From: a virus
Strand: one strand, 5' to 3'
DNA length: 64,000 bases
Virus record (IMG/VR): IMGVR_UViG_3300020463_003399
Location: 25,561-89,560 of that record
Shown here: in pieces, positions 20,078-29,529 of the stretch
Position numbering within the stretch: the first letter of the stretch is position 1
Layout: the number at the start of each line of letters is the position of its first letter
Made by a program: the position numbers and the translations under genes
Notes under the pieces: model-generated
Told to the model about the DNA's origin: nothing
What the model saw: only the letters and a program-made list of their open reading frames with translations
Databases searched by the model: none

Positions 20078-20398
20078 ATGTTTAATTGGTTAAACTTGAG
20101 TACAAAAAAATCTTTTTCACAAGAAAAAGGAGAAACGATGAATACATCAAAACTAACAAAACAAGATAAACTTGTTAATGCTCTTAAAGATGGAGAGGCT
20201 TTAACGGAATCAGCAATGAAACACAGATTTTCTATTGCTAACCCTAGAGCGACAGTATCCGCATTGAGAATGAAAGGATACGCCGTATATGCTAACAAAA
20301 GCAAAAACGGTAAGACTATCTATAGATTAGGAGCTCCTTTAAGAAGAGTCGTAGCCGCAGGTTACAGGGCTCTTGCTGACGAAAAGGTGTTTGGGTAA
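20078..20398 (+). CDS. Winged-HTH DNA-binding protein (starts at 20078 or 20138)
   Basis: LVNALKDGEALT...NPRATVSALRMKGYAVY...YRLG; two SD-ATG pairs. Confidence 0.65.
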   Translation: MFNWLNLSTKKSFSQEKGETMNTSKLTKQDKLVNALKDGEALTESAMKHRFSIANPRATVSALRMKGYAVYANKSKNGKTIYRLGAPLRRVVAAGYRALADEKVFG

Positions 20399-20422
20399 TA
20401 AACATTAACTAAATGAGTCCCT

Positions 20423-20509
20423 GGCCCGGAGACGATATGCCGGATTGGCCTGATTGTCCAATATGCGGTATATCAATCGATGAATGCGAATGTCTCTGGG
20501 CCGGAGACA
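20423..20509 (+). ncRNA. Putative cis-regulatory structured RNA
   Basis: Nested 11-, 9- and 5-bp stems with G.U pairs; alternative hairpin over the SD; GC-rich within an AT-rich genome. Confidence 0.5.
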
Positions 20510-20712
20510 ATTATATGACTAGAAAAATTAAAGTAAAAATTACAGACGATAAAGAGTTCACAGAAGAAAAAGAAGGTTTAGGATTAAAGAAAATATTCAA
20601 ATCTGTATCAGGTTCTGCACCTAAGGGAACAACACACTTAAGAGTAGAATATACTAATAGAAAAGGTACTCCAATTAATCGTTTAGTAAAAATTCCAAAA
20701 AATAAAGACTAA
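20437..20712 (+). CDS. Small basic hypothetical protein; two in-frame starts (20437 with a Cys-rich extension, and 20515)
   Basis: GGAG SD precedes both ATGs. Confidence 0.6.
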   Translation: MPDWPDCPICGISIDECECLWAGDNYMTRKIKVKITDDKEFTEEKEGLGLKKIFKSVSGSAPKGTTHLRVEYTNRKGTPINRLVKIPKNKD

Positions 20713-20728
20713 AAAATAGGCGAAAAAC

Positions 20729-20759
20729 TTGACAGAATCAAGAATCGTGCTATTATAAT
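20729..20759 (+). promoter_or_regulatory. Early sigma70 promoter, copy 2
   Basis: GAAAAACTTGACAGA...GAATCGTGCTATTAT. Confidence 0.75.
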
Positions 20760-20786
20760 TAAGTAATCAAGAGAGAGGTACTTAAT

Positions 20787-21206
20787 ATGGCTTATATTTC
20801 AACTAACGAAGTTAAAGAAGTTCGTAAATCACTTAAAGAAAAGTTCGGTAAAAATCTAAAATTTTCAGTAACACGTGACCATCATTCAAGTGTCAGTGTT
20901 TCTCTCATGGAAGGTGTCATTGATTTCTTTGACGGATCAATGGACATGACCGACAAATATTCAGGGCGAGTTCAAAAGTTTGATGGACATGCTCAAATCA
21001 ATCATTATCATACACATTTCTATGGTAAGCATGAACAGTTATTTAATGACATTAAAGATATTTGTCATACTGCTCCTGCTAAAGCAGAAGGTGGACGAGC
21101 ATATTATAATAACTCAGATGCAATGATTGATTATTTTGATACTGCATTTTACGTGCATATCAATGTTGGTAAATGGAACAAGCCTTACGTTCTTAAGGCG
21201 GCTTAA
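20787..21206 (+). CDS. Early protein, LPD29-like domain
   Basis: VRKSLKEKF..KFSV, DAMIDYFDTAFYVHINVGKW. Confidence 0.55.
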   Translation: MAYISTNEVKEVRKSLKEKFGKNLKFSVTRDHHSSVSVSLMEGVIDFFDGSMDMTDKYSGRVQKFDGHAQINHYHTHFYGKHEQLFNDIKDICHTAPAKAEGGRAYYNNSDAMIDYFDTAFYVHINVGKWNKPYVLKAA

Positions 21207-21232
21207 TCTTAAATCAATAAGGGGATTCAAAA

Positions 21233-21493
21233 ATGAATCTAGCAGTAACTAATACCTTGGAAGGTGCCTTAAAACTCCGGCACCCTGTTTTCGTAACCTA
21301 CCGTGAAGATAATAAAGAAATCGTTGATTGGTATGCATTTGGTGAAGGTCTTGCAAAAGGCTCTGCCGATATGCGTAATGCCAAAGAAGGACCTGACAGT
21401 TATAACTTTACTAGTTGGGAAAAATATGTTATCATACGGGATAATTATAACAAACATATAATGCAATTAGAAGAAATTGAAAGACGTTTATAA
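21233..21493 (+). CDS. Hypothetical protein
   Basis: SD GGGG; ORF. Confidence 0.6.
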   Translation: MNLAVTNTLEGALKLRHPVFVTYREDNKEIVDWYAFGEGLAKGSADMRNAKEGPDSYNFTSWEKYVIIRDNYNKHIMQLEEIERRL

Positions 21494-22101
21494 TGCCAAC
21501 TTATAGAGGTGATACATACTCTAAACCCAGACCTGTTTGTCTGACAAAGGGGTGTACAAATTTAGCACATAATACTGCAAGTGCAGAAAATCCAAGATGG
21601 AGAAAATACTGCGGTACGTGTCATAATGTAAGAAGAAAGAATTTTCAAAGATTATCAGCAAATATAAAAAAGAGTAGTTATCCAACTTGTTGTATAAAAA
21701 ATTGTAGAAAGAAAGTAACTCTAATAGGAACAGACCATAACGGTAATTTGAAGTTTTCTCAATATTGTCAAAAACATGGAGGTACTCCTTATCATCTACA
21801 ATGGAGAAAAACTTATTGTGAGAATATAGATGGAAGACTTGGATTCGTATGCACAACAACTATTCCTTATGATCCGCCACTTCCTGAGAATATCAAATGG
21901 GTAGTAGATTATAGTTATCCACAACCCATGCTAGAAGTAGACCATATAGACGGGAACCCATTTAATGAACCTGTAGATGGCTCTAATTTCCAGACTTTAT
22001 GCTCATGTTGTCATAAGTATAAAACTTGGAAATCTGGTGATGGATTGACCGCAGGTAGAAAAAACATTAAACCAGCAAGTGTAATCGAGAAATTAAATTA
22101 G
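21493..22101 (+). CDS. HNH endonuclease with Cys-rich N-terminal repeats
   Basis: LEVDHIDGNPFN...NFQTLCSCCHKYKT. Confidence 0.8.
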   Translation: MPTYRGDTYSKPRPVCLTKGCTNLAHNTASAENPRWRKYCGTCHNVRRKNFQRLSANIKKSSYPTCCIKNCRKKVTLIGTDHNGNLKFSQYCQKHGGTPYHLQWRKTYCENIDGRLGFVCTTTIPYDPPLPENIKWVVDYSYPQPMLEVDHIDGNPFNEPVDGSNFQTLCSCCHKYKTWKSGDGLTAGRKNIKPASVIEKLN

Positions 22102-22110
22102 GTGAAAAAC

Positions 22111-22138
22111 TTGACAGATTACAGAATCATGATATAGT
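22111..22138 (+). promoter_or_regulatory. Early sigma70 promoter, copy 3
   Basis: GAAAAACTTGACAGA...GAATCATGATATAGT. Confidence 0.75.
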
Positions 22139-22147
22139 GTAAACATA

Positions 22148-23179
22148 ATGATTAAAACGAAAGGTGAGAATATGAGTGAGAATCAGTTCGTAGCACAAAT
22201 CAACAAAGGTTTGTATAGAAATCAAAAAGTAAAAGGTGCGTTTCCAGTTATTTCAGAAATGAAACAAGCTAAGGACGGTAGTTGGTTTATTACTGTCAAT
22301 GCACAGGAAAGCAAATTCAAAAAAGATAAAATTAGGGTTAAAGTAGATCCTGAAAATGTTACAGTTTCAGAAGGTACTGTCGAATCAGTAAATGAAACAG
22401 ATGAACAGGCAATGAATAGGATTGCTGAAAGATTTAAAATCTTAGATGAAATGACCGAGGCAACAATCGATGGTCTTGTTAGAGGCATGGTAGTTTCAGG
22501 CCCTCCAGGTGTTGGTAAAACATTTGGTGTTGAACAAGTTCTTGAAAAAGATTCGTTGTTTGATATGATGGCTGATAAGCCACTAAGGCATACATTCGTA
22601 AAAGGTACAATGTCTGCTATCGGTCTTTATTCAACTCTTTACAAATACTCTGATCCAAAGAGTATTGTGGTACTAGACGATTGTGATAGTATCTTGTTTA
22701 ATGAGGATGCTCTTAATATTCTTAAGGCGGCACTTGATAGTGGTAAGAAGAGGAAGATTTCTTGGAACTCTGACTCACACTTCTTGAGAAGGGAAGGTGT
22801 CCCTGATACTTTTGAGTTCAAAGGTTCAGTTATCTTCATTACAAACTTAAAGTTTGACTATATGAGAGCAACTAAAATCAAGGATCACTTAGAGGCGATT
22901 CTTTCAAGGTGTCACTATCTTGATTTGACAATGGATACTGCTAGAGATAAGATTTTGAGAATCAAGCAGATTGCTAGAGACGGTGGTCTATTTGATACTA
23001 AAGGTCTTACTAAGGATCAAGAAGTTGAAATTATCAACTTTATGGTTGACAATCAAAAGAGACTTAGAGAAGTTTCTTTGAGAATGGCTCAGAAAATTGC
23101 AGACCTTAGAAACATGTCTAAGATGGGTGACAGATGGAAGTCACTTGCAGAGTCAACTTGTATGAAAAGAACTGCATAA
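22148..23179 (+). CDS. AAA+ ATPase
   Basis: GPPGVGKT Walker A, VLDDCD Walker B, IFITN sensor, SRC. Confidence 0.85.
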   Translation: MIKTKGENMSENQFVAQINKGLYRNQKVKGAFPVISEMKQAKDGSWFITVNAQESKFKKDKIRVKVDPENVTVSEGTVESVNETDEQAMNRIAERFKILDEMTEATIDGLVRGMVVSGPPGVGKTFGVEQVLEKDSLFDMMADKPLRHTFVKGTMSAIGLYSTLYKYSDPKSIVVLDDCDSILFNEDALNILKAALDSGKKRKISWNSDSHFLRREGVPDTFEFKGSVIFITNLKFDYMRATKIKDHLEAILSRCHYLDLTMDTARDKILRIKQIARDGGLFDTKGLTKDQEVEIINFMVDNQKRLREVSLRMAQKIADLRNMSKMGDRWKSLAESTCMKRTA

Positions 23180-23221
23180 TAAGGTTAATAAGGTTAGGTA
23201 GGCCAAACGGCCTACTTACAT

Positions 23222-23266
23222 AAGACGGATTGGGTTTCTCTCACTCACCTAATCCGTCTTTTTTTT
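23222..23266 (+). terminator. Intrinsic terminator
   Basis: AAGACGGATTGGGT...ACCTAATCCGTCTT followed by a T run. Confidence 0.85.
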
Positions 23267-23314
23267 ATTTGTAGTGTTGCAATCCCATTTAAATTATGTT
23301 ATAATCTATATATT

Positions 23315-23656
23315 ATGAGTATTGAAGAAACAAAAGAAAAGATTATACAGAACCTTAAAGGCGTTCAAGACCCTGAAATGGGGTGTGACGTTTACAACTT
23401 AGGATTGATTTACGATATCAATGTAGGAGAAATGTCAGATGGCAAAAAGTATAGTAATATTACTATGTCTCTAACAAGTGCATTTTGTCCTGCGGCTGAT
23501 ATGATTGTAAATGACGTTAAAGGTGCGGCTCTAACTGTAGAGGATGTTATTGATTGTCAAGTCGAAGTAACATTTAACCCTCCTTGGGATCCCTCTAGAT
23601 TAACAGAAGAAGGTCATGCTTATTTAAATTACATGTATTCGGATCATATGGACTAA
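23315..23656 (+). CDS. DUF59 / SufT-PaaD-like Fe-S assembly protein
   Basis: VQDPEMGCDVYNLGLIYDI, MSLTSAFCPAA, FNPPW. Confidence 0.85.
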   Translation: MSIEETKEKIIQNLKGVQDPEMGCDVYNLGLIYDINVGEMSDGKKYSNITMSLTSAFCPAADMIVNDVKGAALTVEDVIDCQVEVTFNPPWDPSRLTEEGHAYLNYMYSDHMD

Positions 23657-25101
23657 TGAAAGATTGTATTATTAATATAAAAGATGAAGTCAATATCAAA
23701 CTAGAAGGATTAGATCCTGCTACACGTAGAAAGTGTTCTAATAAACTTAAGTATTTTCTTCCACATGCATATCACATGCCAGCTTATAAACTTGGTCGTT
23801 GGGATGGAACGGTTAGGTTCTGTGATGTTGGAGGTAGAACGTTCTTAAATTTACTAGATGATATTCTTCCAATAATCATGCAGGAAGGGTATGATATAAA
23901 AATTAATGATGCAAGAGAAAAACATGATTTAGTATTTGATAAGGTACAGGAAGATTATTGGGGTGATGCAGTATGGCCAGCAGGTCATGTATCAGAAGGC
24001 CAAAAGATACGTTTAAGAGACTATCAGGTAGATATAGTGAATAAGTTCATAGAACACCCTCAATGCTTACAAGAGGTCGCCACTGGCGCAGGAAAGACTA
24101 TAATAACTGCTACGTTATCTAGCTTAGTAGAAAAATATGGTAGAACTATTGTTATCGTACCAAACAAAGATTTAGTTAGGCAGACATTTGAGGATTACGA
24201 AAACTGTGGTCTAGATGTTGGTGTATATTTTGGTGACAAAAAAGATATTGGAAAGATGCATACAATATGTACTTGGCAGAGTTTAAATTCTTTATTGAAG
24301 AAAACTAAAAAAGGCGAAGATGATATTGATGCTTTTATCGAAGATGTAATTTGTGTTATGGTAGATGAAGTACATCAAGCCAAAGCAGAAGTATTAAAAG
24401 ATTTACTTACAGGTGTGTTTTCTTATATACCTATTCGATGGGGTCTAACAGGAACAATACCAAAGACAGATTGGGAGTCTGCATCTTTAAGAAGTTCATT
24501 AGGAGAAGTTATCAATAGATTGGCGGCAAAAGAATTACAAGACCAAGGAGTATTAGCAAAGTGTCATGTTAATGTTGTCCAAACTTGTGAAACTGCGGAC
24601 TATCCAAACTATCAAAGTGAATTAAAATTTTTATTAGAAGATAAGTCACGTATGAAGTATGTGGCAAATATGATTGAAGAAGTATCTAAGACAGGTAATA
24701 CTTTGGTACTTACAGGGAGAATTAGTAATGGTAATTTATTACAAGAGTTATTACCCGGTTCTGAGTTTGTTCAAGGCTCAATGAAAGTTGTAGATAGAAA
24801 AGAAACATACAACGATATTAATCATGCGACTAATTCTATAACTATTGCCACATATGGTGTGGCGGCAGTAGGGATTAACATTCCAAGAATATTTAATCTG
24901 GTACTACTTGAACCAGGTAAGAGTTTTGTCCGTGTTATACAATCAATAGGCAGAGGTGTTCGTATAGCTAAAGATAAAGATTTCGTACAAATATGGGACG
25001 TAACAAGTAGATGTAAATTCAGTAGGCGTCATTTAACAGAAAGAAAAAAGTATTATAAGGAAGCTGAATATCCTTTTACTATAGATAAGGTCAATTATTA
25101 A
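23656..25101 (+). CDS. uvsW: SF2 DNA helicase, UvsW-like
   Basis: LRDYQ, ATGAGKT, DEVH, GLTGT, QSIGRGVR. Confidence 0.9.
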   Translation: MKDCIINIKDEVNIKLEGLDPATRRKCSNKLKYFLPHAYHMPAYKLGRWDGTVRFCDVGGRTFLNLLDDILPIIMQEGYDIKINDAREKHDLVFDKVQEDYWGDAVWPAGHVSEGQKIRLRDYQVDIVNKFIEHPQCLQEVATGAGKTIITATLSSLVEKYGRTIVIVPNKDLVRQTFEDYENCGLDVGVYFGDKKDIGKMHTICTWQSLNSLLKKTKKGEDDIDAFIEDVICVMVDEVHQAKAEVLKDLLTGVFSYIPIRWGLTGTIPKTDWESASLRSSLGEVINRLAAKELQDQGVLAKCHVNVVQTCETADYPNYQSELKFLLEDKSRMKYVANMIEEVSKTGNTLVLTGRISNGNLLQELLPGSEFVQGSMKVVDRKETYNDINHATNSITIATYGVAAVGINIPRIFNLVLLEPGKSFVRVIQSIGRGVRIAKDKDFVQIWDVTSRCKFSRRHLTERKKYYKEAEYPFTIDKVNY

Positions 25102-25103
25102 AA

Positions 25104-25607
25104 ATGAAAATATTAACTCCAGAAAATCACTGTTATGAAATGAACAGTTTACCAGAGAATGAAATAGAAGACATAAGATATTGTGTAATGGATGTAACAG
25201 ATAAAGCAGAACCAGATTTCTTTTTTATTCCATTAGTATTCATCGAAACATTTAATGCACCAAGTATAAGTCTTAATATTGGAAAACATCAAATAGAAAT
25301 GCCAATAGATTGGAATATATTAATAGGAGATAGAGATATAGGTGAACTAGAATTTGTGCCTCTTACAAGCATAAATGAAAGAACTTTTCAAACTATCTTG
25401 ACAAATCCTCTAGGAGGATTTACAATGACATGGGAAGACATAAAAGTAAACAATGTATTTGCAGATGTAAAATGGTTTTTTCCAAAGTTAAAGTATGGAC
25501 ATATTTTAACAGTTCCTTTAGAACATGGACCAAAACCAAAGTGTGCATATTTCGTTAAAGACTTGAATAGAATTCCAGACGTATTACATAGTTATGACTT
25601 TTTTTAA
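25104..25607 (+). CDS. Hypothetical protein
   Basis: ORF directly after uvsW. Confidence 0.65.
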   Translation: MKILTPENHCYEMNSLPENEIEDIRYCVMDVTDKAEPDFFFIPLVFIETFNAPSISLNIGKHQIEMPIDWNILIGDRDIGELEFVPLTSINERTFQTILTNPLGGFTMTWEDIKVNNVFADVKWFFPKLKYGHILTVPLEHGPKPKCAYFVKDLNRIPDVLHSYDFF

Positions 25608-25616
25608 GGAACTAGA

Positions 25617-26099
25617 ATGGCTGAAAAGATACCACTAAAAGAAATCTTAGGTGCGATGGATCGCAAAGATTTTGATTGGTTTTCTAGATTAAGTGACGAA
25701 AAGAAAAAGCAATGGAGCAGTTGGTTGTTTCTTAGATATGCCAGTAGTGCAAAAGGAAAAGATAAAGAAGAATTATTATTAAACACAAATGAATTTGTAA
25801 ACAAGTATTATAAAGACTTGTTCAAATATCCTGAGTTGATGTGGAAGTTGTTTTGTTTAACTAGTACAGGAAGAAGTCAATTTCATGAGTATATAAAGCC
25901 ACCTAACTCAAGAGTTAAAACTGATACAGTTTCGCAGTTTATTTTACGCATGTTTCCGCATATGAAAAGCGATGAAATAGATTTGTTTAGAAACCTGAAC
26001 AGTATTGACGATATAAAACAGATGGCTGTAGATTTAGGTCTAACTGATAAAGAACTTGACGAAATTTTTGGTAAAACTAAAAAGAGGAAAAAGAAATGA
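25617..26099 (+). CDS. Possible clamp-loader small subunit (gp62-like)
   Basis: LSDEKKKQWSSWLFLRY...N...HEYIKPP pattern; size. Confidence 0.45.
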   Translation: MAEKIPLKEILGAMDRKDFDWFSRLSDEKKKQWSSWLFLRYASSAKGKDKEELLLNTNEFVNKYYKDLFKYPELMWKLFCLTSTGRSQFHEYIKPPNSRVKTDTVSQFILRMFPHMKSDEIDLFRNLNSIDDIKQMAVDLGLTDKELDEIFGKTKKRKKK

Positions 26100-26344
26100 T
26101 GGAACCATATCACAATAAAGGCTTTGGCTGGGCATTTTTTTGGATTGTAACTTTGGGATTTGTTTTCCCGGCAGTTATAATGTTATCAATAGATGATGGC
26201 TGGGCAAAATATAAAGCCATGAGAGGATTTAGTGGTGATTGTTGGGAGAATAGTAAACATGAAAGAGTATGTAAAGACGACAACACCTGTCTCATAGGAA
26301 GAAACTTTTGCATACCAGAAAAATACAGATGGAGGTCTGAATGA
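26096..26344 (+). CDS. Small membrane protein
   Basis: One TM helix and a Cys-rich C-terminus. Confidence 0.55.
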   Translation: MMEPYHNKGFGWAFFWIVTLGFVFPAVIMLSIDDGWAKYKAMRGFSGDCWENSKHERVCKDDNTCLIGRNFCIPEKYRWRSE

Positions 26345-26553
26345 CAAATGACGAACTTATAACACATATTAGAGTACTTGAAACTGAAATCAAAGTACAG
26401 AAATCAAGAATTGAACCGCATGATACTGGTCATATTCACACTACTATAGGTGTTCTAGAAGATAGAGTAGAAGAACTTTTAGTAGAAGTCAAGAATGGTC
26501 CAGTGCCAGGCACAGTAAGAGCAGGCACATGGGTACCAGACATGCCAATGTAG
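26341..26553 (+). CDS. Hypothetical protein
   Basis: SD GGAGG; ATGA overlap. Confidence 0.6.
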   Translation: MTNDELITHIRVLETEIKVQKSRIEPHDTGHIHTTIGVLEDRVEELLVEVKNGPVPGTVRAGTWVPDMPM

Positions 26554-26564
26554 TTCAACCGAAC

Positions 26565-26641
26565 GGACCCGTAACTCAGCTGGATAGAGTGCTTGTCTAC
26601 GAAACAAGATGTCGGGAGTTCGAATCTCTCCGGGTCCGCCA
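26565..26641 (+). tRNA. tRNA-Arg (anticodon ACG)
   Basis: GGACCCG/CGGGTCC acceptor stem, D arm, CTTGT-CT ACG AA-ACAAG, GTTCGAATC T loop, encoded CCA. Confidence 0.95.
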
Positions 26642-26654
26642 ATGAGTTTAATAT

Positions 26655-27326
26655 ATGTTTGATTGTAAATTTTGTGGGAAAACTTTTCAAAGAGAAAAGA
26701 CTCTTTCTGCCCATATGTGCGAACAAAAACGCAGATGGGTTAATAAAGATTCTAAGTATGTTAGATTAGGTTTTCTCGCATATAATCGTTTCTATGAATT
26801 GACTACACAAGGTAGTAAAAAAAGAACATATGAAGATTTTGCAAGAAGTAAATATTACACAGGCTTTACAAAGTTTGGTAAATATATGCTAGATGTAAAT
26901 GCAATCGACCCAGAAAAATTCGTTGACTTTGTTATAACAACAAGTGTAAAACTTGATAAATGGACAAGCGATGCAGTTTATGAAACATATATTAGAGAAC
27001 TTAATAAAAAAGAAACTGCCGAACGTGCAGTTGAAAGAGGCATCTTATTGATGCAACAATGGGCGAGGGAAAATGATAAACCGTATAATGTATTCTTTAG
27101 GGAGATTAGTAGGCCACGTGCTATACATTGGATCAAATCCGGACGCATTAGCCCTTGGATTATTTTTAATTCTGTATCTGGTAATGAACTTCTAAACAGT
27201 TTCAATGACCATGAATTAAATTTAATCAATGAATATCTTGAACCAACTTTTTGGACAAGAAAATTTGAAGTAAGAAAAGATGATGTATTATTTGTTAAAG
27301 ATATATTACAAAAGGCAGGTATTTAA
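26655..27326 (+). CDS. Zn-finger hypothetical protein
   Basis: FDCKFCGKTF...LSAHMC. Confidence 0.65.
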   Translation: MFDCKFCGKTFQREKTLSAHMCEQKRRWVNKDSKYVRLGFLAYNRFYELTTQGSKKRTYEDFARSKYYTGFTKFGKYMLDVNAIDPEKFVDFVITTSVKLDKWTSDAVYETYIRELNKKETAERAVERGILLMQQWARENDKPYNVFFREISRPRAIHWIKSGRISPWIIFNSVSGNELLNSFNDHELNLINEYLEPTFWTRKFEVRKDDVLFVKDILQKAGI

Positions 27327-27328
27327 AA

Positions 27329-27520
27329 ATGAAATTAACAAATCAAAGTGACAAAGCAATTCTTGATAAACTTGAAGAAGTCGAAGAAAAAATCGATATA
27401 GCATTAAAAAGAATAGACACTTTAAATGAAAAGCTAAGTAAACATATAGATTTTATAGGTAAGACATACGATGGATTAAGAAGTCCTATCGATGCGGCTA
27501 AAAGATTTTTAGGAAGATAA
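27329..27520 (+). CDS. Small coiled-coil protein
   Basis: ORF in the operon. Confidence 0.55.
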   Translation: MKLTNQSDKAILDKLEEVEEKIDIALKRIDTLNEKLSKHIDFIGKTYDGLRSPIDAAKRFLGR

Positions 27521-27521
27521 T

Positions 27522-27737
27522 ATGGGAACTAAAAAAGTATCAAGAGAAACAAGTAAAATGGTTCTAGTCAAGGAACATCCAGACACTAAAGAACTATATT
27601 TTGAATTGCCTCCTGGTATTTTAAGAAGTCTCGGTTGGACAGAAGACGATGAGTTAGAGTGGTATAAAACTCAAGACGATAATTGGGCTTTGAGAAAAGT
27701 CAAACTTTCGGAAGAACCTAAAATAAAAAAGGAATAA
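27522..27737 (+). CDS. AbrB/MazE-like DNA-binding protein
   Basis: ELYFELPPGILRSLGWTEDDELEW swapped-hairpin pattern. Confidence 0.6.
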   Translation: MGTKKVSRETSKMVLVKEHPDTKELYFELPPGILRSLGWTEDDELEWYKTQDDNWALRKVKLSEEPKIKKE

Positions 27738-27741
27738 TAAT

Positions 27742-28287
27742 ATGGGCTCAGATATGGATGATATTGATAATATGATTAAAAAGTATATTTACGAAAGTCC
27801 TGATGGCGGGAAAACAGTGTATCAAAGACCCTTTGGTGCACCTCATGAAGAAAGAGAACTTGTTCCAAGTCAAGAAGAAAGAGACAAAATGGACGACAAG
27901 GAACTTATGAGATTAGCACATGAGTATAAAGAGTTATGCGATGATGACGATGACATGACATTTGAATTAGATACATCAAATTCTCTATATGGTTTAGATA
28001 CAACAAATACTATAACAATGTCAAGTATGCCTTCAATGGGTATGACACATTCTTTTTCATCATCAGCGGCACATACTTTGACGATTGGTGATGGTTATAT
28101 GGATCCAGGCGATGATCCAATTGAAGAAATGGAAAAGAGATTAACTGCTATAGAAGATAGATTAAAGATACTAAAACCAGACCCTAACAAGCTAAAAGAA
28201 TATAAGATACTAGAAGGTCTATATGAACAGTATAAGGCGGCTGAGGCGCTTCTAAACGCACCAGGACCGGGCGATAAGAATGAATAA
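27742..28287 (+). CDS. Hypothetical protein
   Basis: IYESPDGGKTVY motif and coiled C-terminus. Confidence 0.6.
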   Translation: MGSDMDDIDNMIKKYIYESPDGGKTVYQRPFGAPHEERELVPSQEERDKMDDKELMRLAHEYKELCDDDDDMTFELDTSNSLYGLDTTNTITMSSMPSMGMTHSFSSSAAHTLTIGDGYMDPGDDPIEEMEKRLTAIEDRLKILKPDPNKLKEYKILEGLYEQYKAAEALLNAPGPGDKNE

Positions 28288-28744
28288 GACTATTACTTAC
28301 AGTTGGCAAAATGTAGACAAAGCAATACAAACTATTGCTATGCAAATGTATGAAAGTCAATGGAGACCTGATTACATAGTAGGTATTACACGTGGAGGAT
28401 TAGTTCCAGCAGTAATGTTGTCTCATATGACTAATATACCAATGCATACTCTTTGTGTTCAGTTAGGTGCAGAAGGTCTTGAAGAAAATATTGAAAGCAA
28501 TATTAAAATGGCAGGCGATGCCATTAATGGTAAAAACATTTTAATCATTGACGATATCAATAGAGGCGGTGATGCATTAGAATGGATTATAAATGATTGG
28601 GCTTTATCTGAGGAATCCTTACATGGAAATGTTAAATTTGCTTCACTAATTATAGATCCAAATTCTAAAGTTGATACAGATTTTTTCTATGAAGAATTAG
28701 ATAATGAAAATGAAATGTGGGTCAACTTTCCTTGGGAACAATGA
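28280..28744 (+). CDS. Purine phosphoribosyltransferase (Gpt-like)
   Basis: VGITRGGLVPA, ILIIDDINRGG PRPP loop, WVNFPWE. Confidence 0.85.
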   Translation: MNKTITYSWQNVDKAIQTIAMQMYESQWRPDYIVGITRGGLVPAVMLSHMTNIPMHTLCVQLGAEGLEENIESNIKMAGDAINGKNILIIDDINRGGDALEWIINDWALSEESLHGNVKFASLIIDPNSKVDTDFFYEELDNENEMWVNFPWEQ

Positions 28745-29529
28745 AACATATTATACCTGAACAACTTGAACAAGAAACACATCTATTAGAATATTTTGCA
28801 GGTACATATGGTGATTATGTATGTGGTATTATATCATATTCTATAGATGGTTACTATGATGATTATGTTGATTTAGAAGATGAAAGAAGATACTGGAAAG
28901 TAGAACATTCTCTAGTAAAGAGAAATAGATATTCATTAGGTCTCAGAGGCAACGGTTATGAGCATGTAGAAAACTATACAGATTTTATGTTGGCTCATAA
29001 AATATGGTTAGAATTTCAACCTCACTTTGATACAGTATCTCCAACAAAAGTATTATTCAATACACACCCAAGATTATACAATTCAAATTATAATGATCCT
29101 TTAATATATAGAACGATTACAAATAAATTTAAGAATACAAAAACAAAAATTATATCAATACCTTTAGAATTTGATGCTATATTTAAAGTTGCATGTAATG
29201 AATATTATACTAGTAGAATGCATAAGCTAGATGCTCCATCAGATTTAAAAGCATTTTATGGTATATTTAAATCACACGTAGATAAACAAAAAGGCATACT
29301 AAATCATATTCCAGAAGAACAACGTTTTGCTATAAATGATATAGATAAGCTATCACCAAAAGATATTGTATCATATGGCGATGTAGATAGAGAAAAGTTT
29401 GAACACTATCAGAAATTATACAACGATAAAAAGATGGATGTTTTAAACTGGCATACAAAAAGACTGTATGAAAAAACTAAAAAAAGTAGACCTGGATATA
29501 TTCTTGATTTAGAAAATTATCTAAAGTGA
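28741..29529 (+). CDS. Hypothetical protein, weakly sulfotransferase/P-loop-like
   Basis: ATGA overlap start; EYFAGTYGDY motif. Confidence 0.45.
   Translation: MKHIIPEQLEQETHLLEYFAGTYGDYVCGIISYSIDGYYDDYVDLEDERRYWKVEHSLVKRNRYSLGLRGNGYEHVENYTDFMLAHKIWLEFQPHFDTVSPTKVLFNTHPRLYNSNYNDPLIYRTITNKFKNTKTKIISIPLEFDAIFKVACNEYYTSRMHKLDAPSDLKAFYGIFKSHVDKQKGILNHIPEEQRFAINDIDKLSPKDIVSYGDVDREKFEHYQKLYNDKKMDVLNWHTKRLYEKTKKSRPGYILDLENYLK

Noticed and set aside
20423-20509. Hammerhead ribozyme or tRNA
   Set aside because: No CUGANGA/GAAA core in the correct geometry; no T-loop or CCA
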